From Phoronis australis (taxonomy: Eukaryota > Animalia > Phoronida): 64,000 nucleotides of DNA. Below, piece by piece: positions 39,647 through 51,400 of the stretch. The translations under genes were made by a program, and so were the position numbers. Numbering within the stretch: the first letter of the stretch is position 1; each line of letters opens with the position of its first letter. Location: the NCBI GenBank assembly GCA_002633005.1, contig NMRA01000027.1:1611118-1675117 (forward strand), in the 5' to 3' direction. The notes under the pieces are model-generated. The model was given only the letters and a program-made list of their open reading frames with translations. It was not told where the DNA came from and did not search any database.

Positions 39647-40770
39647 CAATGTTGAATTCTTTATCGAGGATCTCTGAGGTTTAAAAACATTATCACAGCT
39701 CAGCCGACCTTGAATTGTTGCTGAGTGAGTTTAGTTACTCAAGTCAAAAGCAGCGCGAACAAGATTTGCACTTTTAGGAATGGCCAACTTATAATTGCTT
39801 TCTTGAGTCATTGACACCGGTTTCGATGTTCCAGCTGGTAATAGAAAAAATCTTGTGCCTCTGTAAGGAATATATAATGGGTCTGATTTTATAGGCGTCA
39901 GTGGCAAGATTTATTTTTCGTGTTTTTGGAAGCTACATGTTAACACCGACGAAACGCAGGAGTTTTTATTATCTGACTGGAAACAATGTTGGAAACCGAG
40001 ATTTCAAATGAGACCACATGTAGACTTGGTCAAGATAACAACAAAAATTTATCATACCTAACGATAATACGAAAGTTGTGTTTTTTCGTCTCTAAAACTG
40101 ATGTCCCTTTCATCTGAATAAACTTACATGTAGCTCAGTCATTGAGATAAAGTATGTGATGGTTGATGTTTTTAGTTTTAATGCAGTGTCTTGTCAACCA
40201 TATTTTTTACCCATCAATTTTGAGCTTATGCCAAAATACGAAATTCATTTTTCTCAGGAGCTCCAAGGTACACTGTAAGGGTCAATTTCCAGTGAATTTA
40301 TCTGCAAATACGGGTGCTCGATTTAGCGTTTTCGACAACTGTCGTTTCCTCCACACAATCCCGTACAACCCCTTTCCAGATCTATATTCTCTGTTTTAGT
40401 CCCTCCATTTCGATAGCAGTGTTTCCTTTATCGTGATCGAACTAGATACAATTCACATTCTAGCTAATGCACTAATCAACGCTTCACGTCATCAAAAATC
40501 GCCCGAAGAAGGCCTACGAGCGGTAAAACTGCGCTGTCACGCAAGTCATAAGTTGTAAAGGTTAGCAAGTGCTCATACTATTATCTTTTGGCGGAATTTG
40601 GAAATCATTAGTGTGAAGTTCCTTGTTGTACTTTTCATCTGCTGTCTATGTTTGCGCGTCCGTATGTATACTTTGCACGTGAGAACGAATAATATAGTAA
40701 CGCGTAGAAAGAAGTGACACACGATAACAAATGAACGAGGCGTTTTATTCGTATTTCTTAATCCACCAGG

Positions 40771-41042
40771 ATGCTCTTTACAGCGAGAGCGCTTTTTGTG
40801 GCCATTGTCGCTTTCAAGAACACTTTAGGAAGGGGCAACGACCGTCACAAACTAACATCTGAAGGAAAAAAGAATCACTTCTATGGATGTATGGCCATGA
40901 ATACATTTTACGAAGAGCTACAGCTCCCCTATCCACGTAACATCACTGGTATTCCCATTGACACAATAAGTTCAGCTGCGATGACGAAGTATATGTGCAA
41001 AAAGCATTGCAAATCCAGTATGTTTTATTTACTGCACGAGAA
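40771..41042 (+). CDS. Giant WSC/EGF-repeat protein, exon 1 (signal peptide + first half of WSC-like domain)
   Basis: ATG, hydrophobic MLFTARALFVAIVAFKNTLG, then FYGC...AMTKYMCKKHC...FY. AA|GTAAGT donor, phase 2. Confidence 0.75.
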
Positions 41043-41411
41043 GTAAGTTCCTCGTCCTGATCCACAAATTGTTTTGATTTTGCTCTTTGCTTCGTGTGTT
41101 TCTTTTAAACCAATTAAGTGAGGTAGCCATTTGAGAACCAATTTCATAAAAATGAATAGGCAGCCATTTCAAGCTACATGTAACTATTCCATGGATAGAT
41201 TTCTATTCGCAATGTCACCCTTTTTGCCCAGAGTTGCCATTGCTTATGCATACAGTGACGTGCAAGGTACCATACTATAAAAAGAATCGCCTGTCAATGA
41301 TCCCAAACAAATCTTGTATGATGATCAGTCGAATCTCACTAGCTTGTTGTAAAAGTGTTGTCCCAACAACTCACCGACAGGCACGTAACAACTGACGCCC
41401 TCATTCAACAG

Positions 41412-41584
41412 AGAGAAGTGCTCTTGTACTCCTTACGTCCGTGAGTCGCAGCTGACGGCCAGAAAGCCGGTCCCAGGTAAATGCCAGCACCCGTGCTCAG
41501 GCATCGACTCGACCTCGAAGCACAAAGGCAGTTGTGGAGGAGATCACCAGTACGCTGTGTACAAGAAACCTTTATCGTTTCTTG
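41412..41584 (+). CDS. Giant WSC/EGF-repeat protein, exon 2 (second half of WSC-like domain)
   Basis: caacAG acceptor and G|GTAAGA donor. EKCSCTPY...KCQHPCSG...GSCGGDHQYAVY completes the WSC cysteine pattern (CxC...CxxxCxG...CGG...VY). Absent from the ORF track. Confidence 0.8.
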
Positions 41585-41966
41585 GTAAGAAGTGTTTCAC
41601 AGCTTGTTTCGGCAAGATGTTTAACAGCCCGTGTGTCATGAGCAAGCATAAAGTTGTAGTCTCGTTCCCAGGAGCTCCAGCCCTAGCTTAGTCACAGACA
41701 CTACACATTAGGGAAAAGCGTCCCTCTGAAATCAACCGTTGAACCGCCGCAACGCAGCGCTCTATTAGTGGAGCTAGCTCATATTTGATAAATAACGGAG
41801 TATATTAAGCGTGTTTATTTGGTAAAGTCACTAGCCTTGATTTCACCAAATCATGGGATGTTTGATAAACTCAGAAAAGAATTGAAGATTTGGATTAAAA
41901 TCAAAAACAACAGCGGAGTTTGTTTATATAGGTTATAGCTGTGGAAAATTTATTGTCTTGTTTCAG

Positions 41967-44483
41967 CTGCCTGTGATCAGAAACAGGGCGAAGTACAGTA
42001 CTGCTTCAATGGTGGATATTGTGAAATTGGCATAGTGCCGCCAAAAATATGCCACTGCTTTCCTGGCTTCATTGGACCGAGGTGTGAAAATGACATTAAC
42101 GAATGCGACGTGTCGTTAAGTAATCCGTGTGGCGAAAACGCAGATTGCACCAATACTATCGGCAGTTTTGTTTGTAAGTGCAACACAGGTTTCAAATTGG
42201 GAGACGACAACATCTGCTACAAACCTAGTCCTTGTAACTCTTCTCCTTGCGAAAACAACAGCACCTGCGTGGACAACTTAGGCAAGACAAGTTTTCAGTG
42301 TAAATGTTCTGCTGGATTTCTTGGACGAACTTGTCGACAAAAAGATTCTTGTATGCCAAATCCGTGTGAAAACAACGGAGTGTGTACGAGGGAAAAGAAG
42401 GGCTTCAAATGTGAATGCCAAAACGGATTTGAGGGGAAGGTGTGTTCTAGGACAAACAAATGCATTCCAAACCCATGTCAAAATGTGGGAAACTGTACAA
42501 AAGTTGGCCAATCTGATTTCAGATGCAACTGCTCTGTAGGGTTTGAAGGAAAAACGTGTTCGGAGAAAGACGTCTGTATTCCAAACCCGTGCCACAACGG
42601 TGGCCAGTGCACCAAGATAAGTTTGACAGAATACAAATGTACATGCGCAAAGGAATACAAAGGGGCCACGTGCTCAGAGGGAAATCAGTGTGTACCGAAC
42701 CCATGTAAGAACGAGGGGGTTTGCGTGCAAATCAATGGGAAGTCACAATGCGTCTGCAAACCTGGATTTGAAGGACCGCTTTGCACGAAAACAAATGCCT
42801 GCGTTCCAAATCCGTGTCAAAATAATGGCTTGTGTACGAAGGAGTCGCCCGATAATTTTCGTTGTGAATGCATTATTGGGTTTGTAGGAGACACGTGCGG
42901 GATTGTAGACCCTTGCGTCAAAACTCCGTGCAAAAATGGAGCCGTGTGCGTCAACAAAGGACATGAAAAATTCGCTTGCGTATGTGACAAGAGGCACACT
43001 GGAAAAAGATGCGAGATAAACAAAGACCCGTGTCAGTCAATTGTGTGTAAACATGGCGGAACCTGTATTAATCGAGGTACGAAGCCGACATGCGTATGCA
43101 GAACTGGATTCTCCGGTGCCAAGTGCGAAGAGAACGTGGACGAATGTGAGGCCAAGCCGTGTCAAAATGGGGGTCGCTGTGTGGACAAAGAAGATGGATT
43201 CGTGTGCGTGTGTGGTCGAGCGTTCCGAGGGGAGCTCTGTGAAACTGAGGTGAACCAGTGCCTAAAGAAACCGTGCAAAAACGAAGCAACTTGTACGCGA
43301 AAAAGACATGACTACATATGTACTTGTACTCAAGGTTACACGGGGAAGCATTGCGAGACGAACATAGATGAGTGCACCAGCAAGCCCTGTCAGAACAATG
43401 GGACGTGTTCAGACCTCACTGCCAAGTTTTCGTGCGAGTGTCCAGAAGGCTACGAAGGAGACATGTGCGAGCTGGAGAGAAACGAGTGCGACAGTAGCCC
43501 CTGTTTGTACAATAGCACGTGTATAGATCTGCTGAACAATTTTGAATGTCGTTGTACTGAAGGTACACAAGGATTGCACTGCGAAGAGATTCTTGACGCG
43601 TGCATAAGCAATCCATGTGAGCACGGTTCAGTCTGTTCCTCCAGAGTGGACGGCTACTCGTGCGAATGTGAGGCTGGCTATACTGGAGTTAATTGTGAGA
43701 CAAACATCGACGAGTGCGAGTCGTTTCCGTGCGCTAACCTCGGCACTTGCGTGGATATCGTGAACGGCTACACCTGCGAATGTCCACGTGGCTTCCGCGG
43801 ACGGGTTTGCGAAATAAACATAAACGAATGTCAGCACCTACCGTGCCTGAACCAAGGCACGTGTCAAGATACTGGACGTGATATCAAGTGCCGATGTCAT
43901 GTTGGTTTCAAGGGGAAACGTTGTGAAATAGACATCAACGAATGCTCCAGCGATCCGTGTAAAAATGGTGCTACCTGCTTCGACAGGAATGGTTTCTACG
44001 TGTGCTTGTGTGCACGAGGATTCACAGGCACAATGTGTGAGAACAACGTCGACGAATGCGCGAGTTCGCCATGCAGCAAGAACGGCACGTGTATCAATAG
44101 AGAGGGCGCGTGGTCTTGTAAATGTCCTCCAGATTTCGCTGGTGTCGTTTGCGAACGCAGTGTTACGAAATGTCCCAAAAACCCTTGCGCAAATAGATCG
44201 GTTTGTGACTACGTACATAACACAACTGTGTGTATATGTCCTGTGGGATATGAGGGTCCTACTTGCGAGGAGGAAATTGACGAATGTGTGAGTCAGCCTT
44301 GTAAAAATAAGGGCACGTGCTACGACGCAGAAAACGGCTTTGAATGCCAGTGCGCGGACGGATACGTAGGTAAAATGTGCGAGGTGGAAATTAACGAGTG
44401 CGCCAGCAATCCTTGTCAGCACTACAGCACATGCGTGGATAACATCAACTCATACACCTGCAAATGCTCCCCGGGATACACTA
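41967..44483 (+). CDS. Giant WSC/EGF-repeat protein, exon 3 (EGF repeats 1-22)
   Basis: tttcAG acceptor and A|GTAAGT donor; 2517 nt, phase 1-1. Tandem six-cysteine EGF units, many with the Ca-binding (D/N)x(D/N)EC motif. Confidence 0.93.
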
Positions 44484-45527
44484 GTAAGTCCACGAACATG
44501 TACGTTGATAGGGGCAACAGGGATGAATAGCCTAGCTGCAAGGGAATGCTTCTTACACATGCGTGTGTTACAATTTAAAAAAAAATCATAGCAATACCGT
44601 CACCCTACAATCTGTGGGGGTATATGTGCTGTAAATCAGGTGCCGAATCGAAAGCAGGCAACTACGCGTCATTTGACGATGTCTGTGATCGTTTCGTTGT
44701 AAAACGACAGTGAACCACTTGAGAACCTGTTTTATACCAGTTATTCAGTTTAAAAAACGTTCTCAAAATGTTGACAGTTCCGTTACCTAAGCTAATTCTG
44801 AATTTTTCATTTATATTTTGGTTTTGGTGACGTTGGTCTGAACGGATGGTGCCTGAGAAACTCCTGCAATATGGAAAGTTCAGAAAGATCGAAGCCAACC
44901 AATTTTTATGATCACCCTGAGAACAAATGTTGCACAAGGAATATTTGCCCAGCTCGGTGTTGTTTTCTTACGGGAGTGAAAATAAGTGGTTATTTTCAGT
45001 GGGGTTTCCCATTGATATTTACTCGTGAAATTCATAAAAATAAACACATTGTATTGTGACAACGCTAAGAACGAAACACAAAAAGGAATATGTGCATACT
45101 AATGTATTTCTATTAACACTTCTGGTTTACGTATATAAGTGTGTGCATTTCGTTTTTATGCGTTAAATGTGGCCTCTAAAAGGTTAACCTAAGCTTATTT
45201 GTCCTGAAGCGTACAAGGGTAAGGAATTTTTTTCTGGTTGCTAGAACTTATACATATGGAAAACATACGATTATCAACATCGGGGACACACTTCCGGGTA
45301 GATCTATCTCACCCACCATCTTGAACTTGGTTACATCGTGTGTGGATGGTCTACTACAACTGACTACTGTCGGCGGACATGGGAGCAAGTTTGTACGTCA
45401 CCATTTTTCAAATAAGATAGGCAGGCTAGATATTTGCTTTTATATACGAAACAAATGTTGATCAAAAGCAGGGCTATCGTGAGATTATCTCTTATACAAT
45501 GAGCAAAGCCATGTGGACTGCGCAGAT

Positions 45528-45903
45528 CAGGGAGCGAGATCTAATCTTTTTGCTCGAAATGGAACCCCAATTTATTTTTGCCAATTCCTGTTCTTCTTTT
45601 CTGCGAGTTCAAGAAAAAACATCTATTATTCTGTGCTTGAGTAATCAATGGCTTACGCGGATAATCTTTTAATCCTAGTTTGCAGCTACTGGCTCCAGCA
45701 TTGAAATCTCGACTCTTTACTCGACTTTGTAGAACGACTATAGGAGTCATTAAGTGCAAACTTGGACTAGAAACTCGCGTGCATAAGTCATAATGAACTC
45801 TACCACAGGCTAATAGACACTTATATTGAGTAAGCACAAAACAAGAATGACAAAAACAACGTCGAGTTGAATTTCTAATAAAAGGATTAGTCTCCTGGCC
45901 CTG
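45528..45903. mobile_element. ~376-bp palindromic MITE-like element (CAGGG...CCCTG ends), copy 1
   Basis: Inverted ends CAGGGAGCGAGATCTAATC / GATTAGTCTCCTGGCCCTG. Shares TAAGTGCAAACTTGGACTAGAAACTC exactly with 57377-57402. Confidence 0.6.
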
Positions 45904-47470
45904 ATGTACAGCAACAGATATCAGACTACCTGCACTATTTTTCAAGACACGCTAAAATTTCCTGAAATTTAGAATATAAATCGGTAAATAAAACAACAAG
46001 AATGGATCAACTGAAATTTGAAATTTTCGGATGTAATAACTTCCTTTGTCAACAAAAACAGAAATAAAGTAAAATCAAACACAAAATGACAATTGACATA
46101 TAAGATATGGTGTAATGAAAATGATACATTTTTGCGTAAAAATTCAATGACATATTTTAAGAAGTTTTTATGTTCAATCCTTGGGGTTCTATTGTATTAA
46201 GTTTGTCTATCCAATATTGTTCTCTTTTGAGTCTGTGAGGGGTACTGGGGTGTTGGAGTTTTTCTATTATTTGTACAGAAAGATCTTGAATATTATGGTT
46301 TTTGGAATTGAAATGATTACCTATAGTATCAGAAATGTTTTTATGTATTATGTTAAATCTATGATTACGAAACCGAGTTTGTAGATTATGTTGAGTTTGT
46401 CCTACGCATTGGATAGAACATTTTTTACAAGTTATAAGGTAAATAATATTGTTGGTGGTGCAATCTGAAATTTACTTATTCGTGCTCTATAAAACCCTAT
46501 TTTACAGGGTGTTAAGCGTAATTTGCACTATAGTTGCGGGTATTTAAATTTGGACAAGATTAAACGAAGCTAAACTCACACGACATAAAGGGTCATTGGT
46601 TTCAAACAAAGATATATTGTTGTCTTGACATTTGACTAGAGAGTCCATGTTCACGCTACGGATACACGTATATTGCGTGAAATTCCCACGACACCCTTGT
46701 TTGGGGTGTTGCTTGATTTCTCAGACACTTTCTCATCAAGGAACATGTACAATCAACCGTTTTTCATGTTGCCTATAGTAAAATGAAGATCCTTGATTTT
46801 CCTGCAGAGATATTTTCATGTCAGTTACTATTCATTTAGCGATTATGTACTATCCAGTCAACAACAAAAAGTAACAGAATCTTGTCGACAAAACAGGCGC
46901 ATCACTTTCGTAGACCAAACTCGAACAACCTGCGCACAGGTCTAGTTCAATATGAAGCAGGCTGAACATTACCTTCCCCAATGGAAGTGAAAACAGAACC
47001 AAGATGGGCGCTGTTCAGTTGAGACATATATTTGTCGCACTCGACAATGTGAGATAGGATCCTTTGCCGGAGCGTTTACTTCAGTTTTTGGTTGTTCCTC
47101 CAATAGTATGTACTCGCCTAGCAAAAGGCAATGAACGGAAAAACACATCTAAATAAGAGAAACAGGGACTTGCATGTTTACTGAACGTAACATCAAACTT
47201 GTTTGCTTCTTCCTTTAAGAAATTCGTGAAACGGCTCCAAGACAAGCCGATGACTGAAGTCCGATGTTTGTCTGAACTGAGACTAGAGAATGTCGCGTGG
47301 AAACGTCTCGTGATGAAAATCGCCTCGGGTCGTTTCGTGTGAAACTTAATTCAAACCCAATGGGTCAGTTCTCTGGTCACGGACTCTGGTCTTGGAGAAT
47401 AAGAAATTTGTCGCAAACACTTGGTTAAATCTGTTACGGTTACCGATAAGATTCTTTGTTGTGCTTCTAG

Positions 47471-47587
47471 GTAAAAACTGCGAAATACCTAGGGACTGGT
47501 GTCTCAGCCAGCCTTGTAAGAATAACGGCTCCTGTTGGTCAGACCCTGAGGATGGATTTACGTGCGAATGTCTGCGAGCGTACACAG
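47471..47587 (+). CDS. Giant WSC/EGF-repeat protein, exon 4 (single EGF module)
   Basis: ttctAG acceptor and G|GTGAAA donor; 117 nt, phase 1-1. Encodes KNCEIPRDWCLSQPCKNNGSCWSDPEDGFTCECLRAYTG. Confidence 0.9.
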
Positions 47588-47730
47588 GTGAAACTAGTTA
47601 TTTCTCGCAACATATGACGAAAAGTATCGTTTGTTGACGTTTTATACGCTCTCTGTTGAGTTGACGGTTTCGCTGGATTTTTCTTCCCTGTATCACTACT
47701 ATAACTAAAGCACAAAATGGTATCAGTTAG

Positions 47731-47974
47731 CATGCGCGCACCAGCCTTGAAAATGGGGGGCTCGAATTTCTGTAGATGTGGACCTTTTGCTGACAAAAAA
47801 ATCGGGAGGACTAAAAAACGGGGTAACACCGTCAGAACTGTGAATTGTGCGTCTGCGTCTTTTTTAATGACTTTTGTCTCGTTTTCTCGGACTTTTTGTT
47901 TCACTGAGGCGGACCAGTTTTTGCCCACTTCACCAAATGGGGGTTTCTTTGAGCCCCCCCCGGGTGCGCGCGTG
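47731..47974 (-). mobile_element. Non-autonomous DNA element (MITE-like), copy 2 of the 23819 family
   Basis: CATGCGCGCACC...GGTGCGCGCGTG inverted ends, flanked by GTTAG on both sides. Confidence 0.7.
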
Positions 47975-48441
47975 GTTAGCTCATAATACTTATTGTAACA
48001 GGTAGTCACCGACAACAAAACGTCACGATCGTTTTTGTGGGTGGCACTGGGGTAACTCGAGTAGTGGAAAAAAGTGACCGGTCTACCTTTTGCAAGTCTT
48101 CTAACTTACCCCTTTTAACGTCTCTTTGTGAGCAGGGACCCAAAGTTTCCTAAGCTCACCTACGCCGTTTCACTCCCTTTAGACCGTAAATGGTCAGAAC
48201 GGACCAGTAGTTAAGTTGGTGAAAGGTTACAGCTGTACTTTGGCAACCGCGGGACTTTCACTTATCAGGAGCTCCGAAATTCTACCTTCTTTTTGTGGTA
48301 GATTTCCACTGAAGCGACTGTGAAACAGTGTATTCAAACATTGTCAGATTCCTTAAAAACGGACAGCAAGATCTTCGATGTCCGAGGTAGCTGCTCTTAA
48401 TTGGAGATGTCGATTTTATTTTTTCTCATTTCAATTGGCAG

Positions 48442-51400
48442 GTGTCGCGTGCGAAGAAGATGTTGACGAATGTCTTTCGAGTCCTTGTCAAAATGAAGGC
48501 ACATGCAACAACAAGGTAGACTTTTATACGTGTGACTGCCTTGGAGGATATAGTGGCAAGAGGTGCCAGTACGATTTGAACGAATGCGAGAGTTTCCCAT
48601 GTAAAAACGGAGGACAGTGCCTCGACGGAATTGACGAATACAAGTGCTCGTGTATTCCCGGTTACAGCGGGAAGAACTGCGAAATCGACGTAAACGAGTG
48701 CGACAGCACGCCATGTCAGCATTCTGGAAAATGTCACGACAGAGTCAATCAGTACTCTTGTACGTGTCCGCAGGATTTTGCTGGTGACAACTGTGAGGTG
48801 GGAATAAAAGAGTGTAGGTCGAGTCCATGCAAGAACAGCGGCAAGTGCGTTGAAATGGGTGACATTCACACGTGTATGTGCCTTCCTGGGTTCAACGGTC
48901 AAAACTGTGAGATGAACATTGACGAGTGCAAGGAGAGGCCGTGTCAAAATGGCGGTGACTGCTTTGACGGGGTTAACTCGTTCACTTGCAAATGTCTTCC
49001 AGGCTACAACGGCGAGAGATGTCAGGTGAACATCAACGAATGTGAGAGTAATCCCTGCCGACACGAGGCAAATTGCGTAGACGAAGTGGACTCCTTCCGC
49101 TGTGAATGTCTGCTGGGCTTCGAGGGTGTTCAATGTGAGGCGGACATTGACGAATGCGAAAAGGAACCATGTGAGAACGGCGGGAGGTGCATTAACGAAG
49201 TGGCTTCTTACAAGTGCGTTTGCATTCCAGGTTTCACGGGTGAGACGTGCGAGACCGACATCGATGATTGTCAAATAACACCTTGTTACAACAGTGCGAC
49301 ATGCACTGATTTGGTTGACGACGTGTCCTGTCGATGTAAAAAGGGTTTCATAGGAAAGTTCTGCGATATTGTTGTCAATAACTGCGCGCGAGAACCGTGC
49401 AGAAATGGCGGCGTCTGTACAAATAGCCCAGCAAATTACACGTGCACATGTCCAGCTGGATATGGTGGTCAAAACTGTGAAGTGGACATCGACGAATGTG
49501 CGTCGACACCGTGTTTACATGGCGGTATCTGCCTCAATAAAGTTAACCACTTCGAGTGCATGTGTGACAAAGTGTGGGCCGGCGAAACTTGTGAGCTCTC
49601 TATATGTCCTTGCACAAACAGTCCGTGTAAAAATGACGGCGTTTGTGACAACCAGACCGACATTTCAAGTATTGCTTGCGTATGCAGACCAGGCTTTGAA
49701 GGCTTGGTCTGTGATCATGATGTAAACGACTGCGAATCGAATCCGTGTAAGAACTTGGCGGAATGTGTCGATGGAGAGAACGATTTCACGTGTAAGTGCT
49801 CTCCAGGATTCACAGGTAAACGGTGCGAAACCAACATTGACGAATGCATGTCTCACCCCTGTCGCCACGACAGCACGTGCATTGATGGTTTAGACAGTTA
49901 CACATGCAAATGTCTTGCCGGATACGAGGGCACTGAGTGTCAGGTTAAGATTAACGAGTGTGCCAGCGATCCTTGTGACAATGGCGGCACGTGCAATGAC
50001 GTGTTGAACGGTTTCCAGTGTGAGTGTATGGCCGGCTACGCCGGGCTTCGCTGCAGTATCAACATTAATGAATGTCTCAGCCACCCTTGTCTCAACGGTT
50101 CCACTTGCGTCGATGGAATCAATCACTACAAATGCATGTGTAAAAGTGGCTTCGGTGGACGCCTTTGTGAACAAGACGAAAACGAATGCCTAAGTTCTCC
50201 CTGCCTAAATGGCGGCATGTGCCGCGATCAGCCGAACAGCTTCTATTGCCAGTGCTTGCCGGGTTTTCATGGCGCTCGCTGCGAGAAAAACGCCGACGAG
50301 TGTGCTTCTAATCCATGTCGAAACGGTGGCACATGCAAGGACTCTGTCAACGGGTACGAGTGCCAATGTCGCATCGGTTTCCATGGTAAATATTGCCAAT
50401 ACGAAGAGGACGAGTGCGCGAGCGAGCCATGCATGAACAATGGCACGTGCATTAATGAAGTTGGTCATTATTTGTGTGAGTGTGTTGTTGGTTTCGAGGG
50501 TATTCATTGTGAAATAAACATTGACGACTGTTCCGAAAAGCCTTGTCAGCACGAATCATTCTGCGAAGACGGCATAAACAGTTTCAACTGTCGATGTTCG
50601 CCGTGGTATAAAGGCAGATTGTGCGGACGACAAGTGCTTAAGAAGCAGTGTCCTTTGATGAGGTGTCTCAACGGTGGCACTGAAATTGTAGAAAATGGTC
50701 GCCAGAAGTGTAAGTGTCGCGAAAGATTCGGGGGTGAGCACTGTGAGAATCCCTCAGGACACAGGGCAGAAAAGCGAAGCCTGGAAAATATGCTGGCTCG
50801 CATACGCCAAGCAGAAAAACTACGGGCAAGACGTCAATTTCTACGAGTGCGTGATCGTATAAAACGACAAACGGAACTTTTCACGCGCTATAAGCGACAA
50901 GTGAACATGTACGTTGACACTCAACAGCTAGAAGGCAACGAAACTTGCAAATTGGATGATATTGATTGCTTAAGGCATGTAGTTTGTGCCAGTAAACCTT
51001 GCATGCATGGGGCAACCTGTTCTGTCTCAGAAAACGGCGATTTCTCGTGTTCTTGCACTAAAGGTTTTGGCGGACATTGTTGTGAGCAATTTTTGGACGA
51101 ATGCATTTCTTCACCGTGCATGCATGACGGTCATTGCGTGGACAGATTCGGGGGATACGAATGCCACTGTCGCCCGGGTTTCTGTGGTCTCCACTGCGAG
51201 ATTGATATCGACGAGTGTTTGAGTCACCCCTGTCATCATGGTGGCACGTGCAGAGACCTTGCTAACAATTTCGTGTGTAACTGTGAACCTGGTTATACAG
51301 GTCACAGATGTGAAGTCAATATCGACGAGTGTTCTAGTCAACCTTGCCGAAACGAGGGTGTATGCAACGACCTCGTGGATTCCTTTTGGTGCCGTTGCCC

